Source of the DNA: an uncultured Poribacteria bacterium
Lineage (GTDB): Bacteria; Poribacteria; WGA-4E; WGA-3G
Reading direction: 5' to 3'
Assembly: GCA_958296135.2 (NCBI GenBank)
Contig: CATQHZ020000001.1
Span: 1,440,001-1,504,000, forward strand
DNA length: 64,000 nt
Shown: piece after piece, positions 1-8,645 of the stretch
Numbering within the stretch: position 1 is the stretch's first letter
How the letters are laid out: each line of letters starts with the position of its first letter
Position numbers and translations under genes: made by a program
Notes under the pieces: model-generated
Told to the model about the DNA's origin: nothing
The model's input: the letters and a program-made list of their open reading frames with translations, nothing else
Databases searched by the model: none

Positions 1-519
1 TTTGTCTCCACGCGCCGAAACCTGATGTCACAGATGTTCGCGCAACACGCATGGAAATTGTTGGAGACGCATTTTGAGGCGGCTATTGGAGGGGACAGCG
101 TGCAACCCGATGCCGAGTATTCCGTTTATGGTAATATGCTCTTCGGTGCTTATCTCGCCGGGGCGGCAATCGAACATTCGATGCTCGGTGCTGCGCACGC
201 CTGCGCCAATCCGTTGACTGCCCGATACGACATCACGCACGGGGTTGCTGTGGCGTTCATGTTACCACATGTCATCAGGTTCAATAACACTCTCGCTGCC
301 GCCTTGTATCGGCAGTTATATAGGGATGGAGAATTGGCAGACCGGATTGTGGCACTCAAACAGGCCGCCGAATTACCACACTGCTTCCGAGATTTCGGCA
401 TTCCGCGAAGCGACATCCCCACATTGGCGGAAGAAGCGGCGACGCAGTGGACGGCACAGTTTAATCCACGTCCTTTAGCATTACAAGATTTTGTGAGACT
501 TTATGAAGAGGCTTATTAA
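1..519 (+). CDS. Iron-containing alcohol dehydrogenase family protein, C-terminal part (truncated by window edge)
   Basis: Motif 'AGAAIEHSMLGAAHACANPLTARYDITHGVAVAFMLPHV' with metal-binding His residues; C-terminal 'NPRP' typical of Fe-ADH. Confidence 0.85.
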   Translation, partial: FVSTRRNLMSQMFAQHAWKLLETHFEAAIGGDSVQPDAEYSVYGNMLFGAYLAGAAIEHSMLGAAHACANPLTARYDITHGVAVAFMLPHVIRFNNTLAAALYRQLYRDGELADRIVALKQAAELPHCFRDFGIPRSDIPTLAEEAATQWTAQFNPRPLALQDFVRLYEEAY

Positions 520-1744
520 CGGACAGGATGGACGCAAATGTCATATTTTTCGTCTCTTTCGTTCCGTGGACGTGCTTTGTAAGCGCGTATCTCGTGCGAG
601 ATTTCAAACCGTGCCTACTGGGTTCGTTTTGTGTTATTCTGTTAATCCTATAATCCTGTTAATTCTGATTCAGACACTGTTCTTTGTTGCACTGCCCGGC
701 TTTGGCGACTGGACCGGCTTCCGTGGCAACCCGCAACTCACCGGCGTTGCAACCTCCGAGCTCCCAGATGAACTCGCGCTCCTCTGGACATTTCAGGCCG
801 GGGATATGATTGAGTCCACCGCGGCGGTTGTTGATGGCACCGTGTATGTCGGTGCATTAGACAGCTATCTCTATGCGGTTGACGCGCAAACCGGCGCATT
901 GCAATGGACATTTCAGGCAGAAGGACAGATTAAAGCCTCGCCCTCTATCCGAGATGGAGTCATCTATTTCGGCGATGGAGCGGGTGTCTTCCATGCTGTA
1001 AACATCGGTGCCCGGCAAGCCGCCTGGCAGTTCCATACCGAGGGCGAGATTATTTCCTCCGCGAATTTTTCAGGAGAATGGGTAATGTTCGGTTCCTATA
1101 ATGGCTTTCTTTACTGCCTTAATAGGAAGAATGGTGAACTTGTTTGGAAGTTTGAAACGGATGGTTACGTACATGGCACTCCTGCCATTGTCGGCGATTC
1201 GGTGATTGTGACCGGATGCGATAGTTATCTACGCGTCCTCTCAGTTGCTGACGGCACGCAGACGCATCAGGTGCCGCTCGGCGCGTATGTCGGCGCGAGT
1301 GCCGCGGTTTTGGACAATCGCGTTTATGTCGGAACCTACGGTACTGAAGTCTTAGGCATCAATATCCAAAGCGGCGAGATTCAGTGGCGGTATCAACATC
1401 CGAAGCGCAGGTTTCCCTTTATGGCATCTGCCGCTGTAACCGCCGAGTCTGTTATCATTGGCGGACGCAATAAGCTGGTGCACGCGCTCGCGCCGGATAC
1501 TGGTGAATCGCAATGGACTTACACCGCCAAATCCCGCATTGACTCTTCCGCGGTTATTGTCGGGACGCGCGCCTTTTTAGGCACAACCCGCGGACATTTC
1601 ATCGGCTTAGATGTCACCACTGGGGAACTTGTGTGGGAATTCGCAACGGGTTCCGCCATTGTTGCCTCACCAAGTGTCGCCGATGGAAAAGTGTATATCG
1701 GAACAGAGGATGGCATCCTCTACTGCTTCGGAGGGAATAAGTAA
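503..1744 (+). CDS. Secreted PQQ-binding-like/BamB-like beta-propeller repeat protein (true start probably downstream of 503)
   Basis: 'DWTGFRGNPQLTG' after a hydrophobic signal stretch; about 8 repeats of 'SxAVxDGxVYxGxxDGxLYAxDxxTGxxxWxF'. Confidence 0.85.
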   Translation: MKRLINGQDGRKCHIFRLFRSVDVLCKRVSRARFQTVPTGFVLCYSVNPIILLILIQTLFFVALPGFGDWTGFRGNPQLTGVATSELPDELALLWTFQAGDMIESTAAVVDGTVYVGALDSYLYAVDAQTGALQWTFQAEGQIKASPSIRDGVIYFGDGAGVFHAVNIGARQAAWQFHTEGEIISSANFSGEWVMFGSYNGFLYCLNRKNGELVWKFETDGYVHGTPAIVGDSVIVTGCDSYLRVLSVADGTQTHQVPLGAYVGASAAVLDNRVYVGTYGTEVLGINIQSGEIQWRYQHPKRRFPFMASAAVTAESVIIGGRNKLVHALAPDTGESQWTYTAKSRIDSSAVIVGTRAFLGTTRGHFIGLDVTTGELVWEFATGSAIVASPSVADGKVYIGTEDGILYCFGGNK

Positions 1745-3102
1745 TGGCCCTTCATACGATAAAGAAATCAAAACCGGAACCTGCAACAGCAGGTATAGAG
1801 TCCAAGCACACGACGGTGGGGAGCGTTTTCGTTTCCAACTATCCGCCGTATTCTGTTTGGGGTGACAAGGATGTTCCTGCAGTGCGGCAGGCGTTGGCTG
1901 CGCCGCCGCGTCCTGATGCGCCGCTCGGGCTGTATATGCACATCCCGTTTTGCCGCAAGCGGTGCAAATTCTGTTATTTTCGGGTTTACACCGATAAAAA
2001 TAGTTCAGAGATTGACGTGTATCTGAACGCGCTGGCGAAAGAGGTGGCACTCTACAGCACTCAGCCTGCAATCGCAAATCGCCCTTTGAAATTTATCTAT
2101 TTCGGCGGCGGTACGCCTTCTTATATCAGCGTCAAACACCTGAAAACGTTGGTAGAACGGGTGAAATCCGTGATGCCGTGGGATGCTGCAGAGGAAGTTG
2201 CGTTCGAGTGTGAGCCTGGCACCCTCACCCAGAAGAAGTTGGAGGCTATCAAGTCGATCGGCGTAACTCGCCTCAGCCTCGGCGTGGAGAACTTGAACGA
2301 CGAAATCCTCGCCGAGAACGGCAGGGCGCACCTCACCAAAGAGGTCTATCGGATTGCCCCCTGGATAAAGGCGTTGGACTTCGCGCAAGTCAACATCGAC
2401 CTCATCTCCGGGATGATAGGCGAAACGTGGGAGAGTTGGCGCGAAACGGTCGAAAAGACGGTGGCTCTCGACCCGGATAGCATCACCGTCTATCAATTGG
2501 AATTGCCCTTCAATACCGTCTATTCCAAAGACATCCTCGGGGGCGATTCGCTGCCGGTGGCGGATTGGAAGCTGAAACGCGAGTGGCACCAGTATGCGAA
2601 TGAGCAATTCGCTGCGGCTGGGTATCGCCGCGCGAGTGCCTATACCGTAGTTAAGGAGCAGGAACCTCCCCAACAATTTGTCTATCGGGATGCAGTGTGG
2701 CAGGGGAGCGATATGCTCGGCACCGGTGTCGCCTCTTTCTCGCACTTAAGCGGGGTTCACTTCCAAAACGCGCCATCGTGGGGCGACTACCTTGCGCATC
2801 TTGAAGAAGAGGAGCTGCCTGTTTCCCGCGCGTTGATGCCTACGGAAGAAGAACGGTTGACACGCGAGATGCTCTTGCAGCTCAAACTAGGGGAAATTCG
2901 TCCATCCTATTTTAAAGCGAAATTTGGCGCGGATATCCTCACGCAATTTGCCAATGCCTACGAAAAGCTGCGGGATGATGGCATGGTGACGTTTAGTTCC
3001 CAGTCCGACGAAATCCGTTTGACGCAGCGCGGTTTGCTTCAGGTAGATGCCTTGCTCCCGACATTCTACGCGCCTGAGTATCAGAACACGCGGTATACCT
3101 AG
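1744..3102 (+). CDS. HemN-like (class C) radical SAM protein
   Basis: 'YMHIPFCRKRCKFCYF' (CxxxCxxC), 'YFGGGTPS', 'RLSLGVE', 'NIDLISG'; start overlaps the upstream stop (TAATG). Confidence 0.9.
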   Translation: MALHTIKKSKPEPATAGIESKHTTVGSVFVSNYPPYSVWGDKDVPAVRQALAAPPRPDAPLGLYMHIPFCRKRCKFCYFRVYTDKNSSEIDVYLNALAKEVALYSTQPAIANRPLKFIYFGGGTPSYISVKHLKTLVERVKSVMPWDAAEEVAFECEPGTLTQKKLEAIKSIGVTRLSLGVENLNDEILAENGRAHLTKEVYRIAPWIKALDFAQVNIDLISGMIGETWESWRETVEKTVALDPDSITVYQLELPFNTVYSKDILGGDSLPVADWKLKREWHQYANEQFAAAGYRRASAYTVVKEQEPPQQFVYRDAVWQGSDMLGTGVASFSHLSGVHFQNAPSWGDYLAHLEEEELPVSRALMPTEEERLTREMLLQLKLGEIRPSYFKAKFGADILTQFANAYEKLRDDGMVTFSSQSDEIRLTQRGLLQVDALLPTFYAPEYQNTRYT

Positions 3103-3119
3103 TCTGTCGTCGGCTCGCC

Positions 3120-3144
3120 GTAGGGCGAGGGCCTGTTCCTCGCC
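3120..3144 (+). repeat. Family-A REP-like element (GTAG foot + GGCGAGG/CCTCGCC hairpin); other copies near 31404, 56482-56518, 60416-60441, 61426-61497
   Basis: gtagggcgagggcctgttcctcgcc. Confidence 0.85.
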
Positions 3145-3197
3145 GTGCCAATACGTTCGGCTGGCTGTAGGGCGGCGAAGCGGTTGGAGGTAAAGAT

Positions 3198-4442
3198 ATG
3201 GATACAGCAAAACAGTTACGCCGGTTCCGCCAGATGCTTGCTCCTGTGTTAGAGACGAATGCCTTCTATAGCCAAAAACTCACCGAGGCAGGGATAACGC
3301 ATCCGAACGATGTGCAGACGTTTGCGGATTACCAGCAGTTGCCTTTTACCACAAAAGCTGAGCTCAGCGCAGACCAGGGTGCGCGTCCGCCTTACGGTAC
3401 TAATCTCACCTTTCCGCTGGAAAAGTATATTTGTCTCCACCAAACTTCTGGCACAACGGGCGAGCCGATTCGGTGGTTGGATACCGCCGAATCATGGGAT
3501 TGGTGGGGCAAATGTTGGGGTGACATTTATCGCGAAGCAGGCGTAACAGCCGCTGACCGGCTTATGATTGCGTTCACCTTCGGTCCGTTTATCGGTTTCT
3601 GGAGTGCGCATCACGGCGCGCGGCAGCTCGGTGCGTTGACAATTCCGAACGGTGGGCTTTCCTCCGAGCAGCGCCTTCGAGCCCTTCTCTATAACGACGT
3701 TACGGTTCTGGTTTGCACGCCTACCTATGCGCTGCGGCTCGCCGAGGTCGCGGCGGGAGATGGGCTTGATCTTTCGCGTTCTTCAAGCGTCCGAGTCACA
3801 ATTCATGCGGGTGAGCCTGGGGCGAGCCTGCCTTCAACAAAACGGCGCATTGAGGAGTGCTGGGGTGCACACACGTATGACCACGCTGGTGCGACAGAGG
3901 TTGGTGCTTGGGGCGTGATGTGCCGCCTGCAAGCCGGTGTCCACCTCAACGAAGAGGAATTTATCTGCGAAGTTATTGATATAGATACGGGCAAACCTGC
4001 GGATGCCGGTGAGTTAGTGATTACCAATCTGGGGCGCGTTGGGATGCCTGTTATCCGTTATCGCACCGGCGATTACGTCAAACTCACATCGTTGCTGTGC
4101 GAGTGTGGCGATGAGAACCGCGTGCTGGAAGGCGGTGTCATGGGGCGGATAGATAGCCTGCTCATCATCCGCGGCATGAACATCTATCCTGCCACGATTG
4201 AGAACATCGTTTTCCAGTTTCCTGACGTTGCTGAATTCTCAGCGCGGGCTTACCGCGAAGGAATACGGGATGAGCTTGAAATTCAGGTTGAGTCCACACA
4301 TCCGGATCCGGAACAGACTGCCACGGCTGTGGCGGCGAAAATTCAAGAGGTTTTAGGATTCCGCGCCATCGTGAAATCGGTGCCGGTCGGCATTTTCCCG
4401 CGAACGCCTGGGAAGGCGCACCGATTTTCCGACCATCGTTGA
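3198..4442 (+). CDS. Phenylacetate-CoA ligase (PaaK-like) family adenylate-forming enzyme
   Basis: 'HQTSGTTGEP' P-loop, 'HAGEPG', 'DHAGATEVG', 'IRYRTGD', 'GRIDSLLIIRGMNIYP'. Confidence 0.85.
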   Translation: MDTAKQLRRFRQMLAPVLETNAFYSQKLTEAGITHPNDVQTFADYQQLPFTTKAELSADQGARPPYGTNLTFPLEKYICLHQTSGTTGEPIRWLDTAESWDWWGKCWGDIYREAGVTAADRLMIAFTFGPFIGFWSAHHGARQLGALTIPNGGLSSEQRLRALLYNDVTVLVCTPTYALRLAEVAAGDGLDLSRSSSVRVTIHAGEPGASLPSTKRRIEECWGAHTYDHAGATEVGAWGVMCRLQAGVHLNEEEFICEVIDIDTGKPADAGELVITNLGRVGMPVIRYRTGDYVKLTSLLCECGDENRVLEGGVMGRIDSLLIIRGMNIYPATIENIVFQFPDVAEFSARAYREGIRDELEIQVESTHPDPEQTATAVAAKIQEVLGFRAIVKSVPVGIFPRTPGKAHRFSDHR

Positions 4443-4561
4443 AAGTTGGGAGAATACTAGTGTGCCAGATATGGAAATCTTGATTCTGTCAAGACGACGG
4501 TGGTAAACAAACTTTCTGTGTCGAGAGATGCTAGCTGAACACATTGCGACATACAAAAAAC

Positions 4562-5752
4562 ATGAATACACAACAGCACCCGAAGGTTGAAATTGCTGTC
4601 CGAAATTTCGGCCCTATTACAGAAGGCACGCTCGATTTACGGCCCCTCACGGTGTGTGTCGGTCCGAGCAATACCGGCAAAACCTATTTCGCGACGCTCG
4701 TGTATGCCTTGCATGGTGCATTCTCAGGACTCAGCGCGCAAGTGCCGCGAGAAGTTCTCTCGCTTGAACTAGAGAATGAGCTCAAAAATTGCTTCGATTT
4801 ACCTGCCATTTCGGCATTGAGGCGATTGGATGGAGAAACGTTTCCGCATGAGATGGCGGTGTCGCTCAAGGGGCGCGATGGAGAGGCGGATAGTTGGTGC
4901 ATCAAATTGACTGCGTCCGAAGCGGAGGTGACGTTCCTTGGTGCTCCAGGCGAGACTTGGGGAGTGGGGAATCGGTATTATCTGCCTGCTACGCGCGGTG
5001 GGCTCATGCAGCGGCATGGGCTCATTGCGAGTTCACTCGTGGGACGTGCGACTCGCGGTGGAGCCGAGCACTTTCCCGCGGTCCCGACGTTTTCAGCGGG
5101 CCTTGCGGAATTCCTGCAGCGTATCATCCTCTACCGGCCGGATAAACAAGTGAGCAACGGCGACATGAACGCAATCGCCGATGCGTTAGAGGCAGATGTC
5201 CTCGGCGGACAGATTCTGGCGCGGCTTTCACCGACTGGGTATCCGGATTTCCGCTACCGTCCACAAGGCCTGAAGGAAGAGATGCGGCTGAGCCATGCCT
5301 CGGCGATGGTATCCGAGCTCGCGCCGTTAGTCTTGTTTCTCCGCCGTGGTATTGCCCCTGGGGATTTATTGGTTATTGAGGAACCGGAGGCGCATCTGCA
5401 TCCGCATTCCCAGGCGGACATGGCCGTGACGCTCGCGCGCCTCGTCCGTGCCGGTGTGAGAGTCATCGCGACGACGCACAGCGATTGGCTTCTTGAGGAA
5501 TTAAGTTGTCTGATGCTTGAGGGGCTACTTGCAGAGACAGATGATGCGCCTGCGAGTTGGCTGATGCCCTCGGAAGTGGGCGCGTGGCAGTTCCAAAAAG
5601 ATGCCCCCGTTACGGAAATTCCGTTTGAGGTATGGGGGGGTATCTACCCAGTAGACTATGGGGACGTTGCAGAGACCCAGTATAATCGTATGGTGAATCT
5701 CCAGGCCCGGGTGGAGAACGGGGAAGGTGGTAGCAAACGTGAATCCTCGTGA
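4562..5752 (+). CDS. ABC-type AAA ATPase (AAA_15/AAA_21-like), defence-associated family
   Basis: 'RNFGPI' N-terminus, Walker A 'GPSNTGKT', Walker B 'LLVIEEPEAHLHP', 'TTHSD'. Confidence 0.85.
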   Translation: MNTQQHPKVEIAVRNFGPITEGTLDLRPLTVCVGPSNTGKTYFATLVYALHGAFSGLSAQVPREVLSLELENELKNCFDLPAISALRRLDGETFPHEMAVSLKGRDGEADSWCIKLTASEAEVTFLGAPGETWGVGNRYYLPATRGGLMQRHGLIASSLVGRATRGGAEHFPAVPTFSAGLAEFLQRIILYRPDKQVSNGDMNAIADALEADVLGGQILARLSPTGYPDFRYRPQGLKEEMRLSHASAMVSELAPLVLFLRRGIAPGDLLVIEEPEAHLHPHSQADMAVTLARLVRAGVRVIATTHSDWLLEELSCLMLEGLLAETDDAPASWLMPSEVGAWQFQKDAPVTEIPFEVWGGIYPVDYGDVAETQYNRMVNLQARVENGEGGSKRESS

Positions 5753-6221
5753 CGCGCTTAACCAGATTCGCCGGTGGATAGGCGAAAGGGTAGCTACCTC
5801 TTACACGCGAAACGGGTGCCGTGTTTCGCTGGCGAACCTCCCGCGCGAGCGGGTGGTGTTAGATATCGATCTTGCCTTTCCCACGGACAGAGCCGTGAAA
5901 GCGCAATGTGATTTCATTCTCTTTTACACTGTCCAAGACACTCTCGTAGTTGTGCCAATGGAACTCAAGCAAGGCGACGTTGACGCGTCGGAAGTCGTCA
6001 AGCAATTGCAAGAAGGAGCACACATCGCCAGTCGGTTGGTGCCAAGGAATGTCAAAACGAATTGCCTCCCGCTCCTTGTCCATGGCAGCAAGAGGGTTCA
6101 AAGGCGACAAAACGAAAAACTGAAACATTCCTCAGTGACTTTCCGCGGCAAGAAATTGCCAATTCAGACGACGCGATGCAGTTATGAAGGGAATCTAGCA
6201 AAGGCTCTCAATATCAAATAG
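5727..6221 (+). CDS. Small basic protein with a PD-(D/E)xK-like motif, coupled to the ATPase
   Basis: 'QCDFILF...VVVPMELKQG...VVKQLQEG'; overlaps the 3' end of the ATPase gene. Confidence 0.55.
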   Translation: MVANVNPRDALNQIRRWIGERVATSYTRNGCRVSLANLPRERVVLDIDLAFPTDRAVKAQCDFILFYTVQDTLVVVPMELKQGDVDASEVVKQLQEGAHIASRLVPRNVKTNCLPLLVHGSKRVQRRQNEKLKHSSVTFRGKKLPIQTTRCSYEGNLAKALNIK

Positions 6222-6313
6222 GCAGACAACCCCTACCGCCGCCTCCTCAATAAGCCCACGGTATCAACACTTGCGATAGTCCGGCCCATCGATTCATCAT
6301 CAGTTGATTTTCG

Positions 6314-6342
6314 TTGACATTTAAAGCGTTGGAGAGTATAAT
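6314..6342 (+). promoter_or_regulatory. Consensus sigma70 promoter for the TPR gene
   Basis: TTGACA (6314-6319), 17 nt, TATAAT (6337-6342). Confidence 0.8.
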
Positions 6343-6346
6343 TTTG

Positions 6347-7108
6347 ATGATGAAACGAGTTCTGACAAGGAGACAGTTTATGCTTACAAGAGTCGAAATG
6401 CCCGTGGCAGGCTACGATGAAGCAATTGAACGCGGCACGCTGAGGTCTGACCAGGGCAAACATGAGGAGGCACTTGCCGAGTTTGAAAAGGCGGTTAAGT
6501 TGAACCCCCTCGGTGCCGCGGGCTACTTCTATTGCGGTGTCGCGAAGTTTGACATGGGAAAAGCGAAGGAGGCACTCGCCGACTTCGACAAATCCGTCCG
6601 CTTGAATCCGCGTGTCGCCGCGGCCTATTACAATCGTGGTAGCGCAAAATTGGCATTAAATCGGTTTAAAGCCGCGATTGCGGACTTTGATAAAGTCATC
6701 CGCCTCAATCCGCAGTACGCCGAGGCATATAACAACCGCGGCAACGCGAAATTCGCGTCGGGAAAGTATAATGCTGCCCTCGTGGACTTCAACAAAGCCA
6801 TCCAGCTCAACCCCGAGCTCCCTGAAGCATACAACAATCGCGGTAACGTGAGAGGCAGACAGGGACGGGACGAGGAGGCGATCGTGGACTTTAGCAAGGC
6901 AATCAGCCTCAAACCTGACTACGCGAAGGCGTATAACAACCGCGGCTTGGCGATGGCGCGGCTGAATCGCTTTGAGGAGGCGATGCCACAGCTCCACATC
7001 GCCGTGGAACTCGCCGAACAAGCGGGCGATGCTGTACTCATTGCGGCGATTAAGGACGAAATCCGAAAAGTGAAAATGCTTGAATCACGGTACAACGCCG
7101 TAAATTGA
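6347..7108 (+). CDS. Tetratricopeptide repeat protein
   Basis: About six 34-aa repeats 'AYNNRGxAKxxxGxxxxAIxDFxKAIxLNP'; the ORF-track TTG start at 6314 is the -35 box, so the start is at 6347/6350 or later. Confidence 0.9.
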   Translation: MMKRVLTRRQFMLTRVEMPVAGYDEAIERGTLRSDQGKHEEALAEFEKAVKLNPLGAAGYFYCGVAKFDMGKAKEALADFDKSVRLNPRVAAAYYNRGSAKLALNRFKAAIADFDKVIRLNPQYAEAYNNRGNAKFASGKYNAALVDFNKAIQLNPELPEAYNNRGNVRGRQGRDEEAIVDFSKAISLKPDYAKAYNNRGLAMARLNRFEEAMPQLHIAVELAEQAGDAVLIAAIKDEIRKVKMLESRYNAVN

Positions 7109-7118
7109 TGGGGTTCGC

Positions 7119-8432
7119 ATGCAAAAACCGAAAACCTATGACATCACTGTTATTGGCGGCGGGCCCGCTGGCAGCACTGTCGCCGCTCTCACCGCACAGC
7201 ACGGCTACCGGGTGCTGCTGCTTGAGCGGGAAACCGAACCTAGTTTTAAGGTGGGCGAATCCTTGATTCCGGCCACCTATTGGACGTTCAAGCGGCTCGG
7301 CGTGCTTGAAAAACTGCGGCAGAGTCATTTTCCACAGAAGTTCAGCGTGCAGTTCTATTCACGTTCCGGGAAAGCCGCCAAACCGTTTTATTTTTTCGAG
7401 ACGAACCCGCACGAAAGTGCTGTCACGTGGCAGGTGCTACGGAGTGAATTTGACCAGGTGCTTCTGGAGAATGCGGCGGAGAAAGGCGTAGAAGTCCGCC
7501 GCGGTGCCCGTGTGCGCGAGGTGATTTTTGATAATGATACAGCAGTGGGAGTTGTCGTTCAAAGTGCGCCGGAGAATAGAGGCACGCGACGGACAGGCCC
7601 TGGCACTACGGAAAAAGAGACGATTCGTTCCACTGTCGTCGTTGATTCCACCGGACAGAGTTCCCTCATCGGTAGACAGTTGGACATGAACGCGACGGAA
7701 CCGAATCTGAAGATGGCATCGCTTTTCACGCATTTTGAAGGCGCATACCGAGACGAAGGCATCGACGAGGGAGCGACGCTTATCATGCATACCGCGACGA
7801 AGGAGTCTTGGTTCTGGTCGATCCCGTTGCCCTACAATCGCACTAGCGTCGGTGTTGTCGGCGAATTGGACTATCTGCTCCAAACCCGAAGGGATGCTAA
7901 TGGCAAACTGGACGCGCAGAAAATCTTCGAGGAAGAGTTAGCGAAGTGTCCCGCCTTAAAATCGCGACTCGTCGGCGCAAAACAACTTTTCCCGGTCAAA
8001 ACGACGAAGGACTTCTCATATCGCGCAAACCGTATCGCCGGTAACGGCTGGGTTTTGGTAGGCGACGCATTCGGCTTCCTCGACCCGGTTTATTCAACGG
8101 GGCTCTTTTTGGCACTCAAATCTGGGGAGATGGCTGCCGACACTATCGTGGAAGCGTTCCAAAAGGACGACTTTTCCGAGGCGCAGCTGGGAAACTTCGG
8201 CCCGACGTTTGTCAAGGGGATGGAGGCGTTTCGGAAACTCATCTACGCGTTTTATACGAAGGACTTCAGTTTCGCGCGGTTCTTGTCCAAATACCCGGAG
8301 CATCAGGGCGGCATCATTGACATTCTGAGCGGCGATGTCTTTAGAAAAGATGTGACTCACATTTTCCCCGATATGGCGCGGATGTGTGCTTTGCCGGCAG
8401 AGGTGCCGCTGAGTTTCAATTCATCTCAATAA
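7119..8432 (+). CDS. Flavin-dependent halogenase family protein
   Basis: 'IGGGPAG', 'KVGESLIP', halogenase signature WxWxIP ('WFWSIPL'), 'GDAFGFLDPVYSTG'. Confidence 0.8.
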   Translation: MQKPKTYDITVIGGGPAGSTVAALTAQHGYRVLLLERETEPSFKVGESLIPATYWTFKRLGVLEKLRQSHFPQKFSVQFYSRSGKAAKPFYFFETNPHESAVTWQVLRSEFDQVLLENAAEKGVEVRRGARVREVIFDNDTAVGVVVQSAPENRGTRRTGPGTTEKETIRSTVVVDSTGQSSLIGRQLDMNATEPNLKMASLFTHFEGAYRDEGIDEGATLIMHTATKESWFWSIPLPYNRTSVGVVGELDYLLQTRRDANGKLDAQKIFEEELAKCPALKSRLVGAKQLFPVKTTKDFSYRANRIAGNGWVLVGDAFGFLDPVYSTGLFLALKSGEMAADTIVEAFQKDDFSEAQLGNFGPTFVKGMEAFRKLIYAFYTKDFSFARFLSKYPEHQGGIIDILSGDVFRKDVTHIFPDMARMCALPAEVPLSFNSSQ

Positions 8433-8611
8433 TTGTGGTGTATCGGGATGGGGAGGTGCGTCCTATGTGGATTCAGTTGTATCGGGACCGGGAGGTCCCT
8501 CCTACGTGGGTTCGATGGTGCGTATCGTCAATCCGCAATTGTGGTGTATCGGGATGGGGAGGTGCGTCCTATGTGGATTCAGCTGTATCGGGACCGGGAG
8601 GTCCCTCCTAC
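8431..8611. repeat. Direct repeat of a 75-bp unit (8431-8505, 8537-8611), each holding two family-E REP-like elements
   Basis: The two copies differ at one position; sub-units 'atcgggatggggaggtgcgtcctat' and 'atcgggaccgggaggtccctcctac'. Confidence 0.9.
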
Positions 8612-8645
8612 TGCAATTCCCCGTTTTTTTCGTTAGGAGAAATTC

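Noticed and set aside
1744-3102. Gene symbol hemN
   Set aside because: The family is functionally diverse and the context is not heme biosynthesis; the function cannot be assigned.
8431-8611. Possible mini-CRISPR array
   Set aside because: The intervening sequences are themselves duplicated, the units belong to a dispersed REP family, and no cas genes are nearby.
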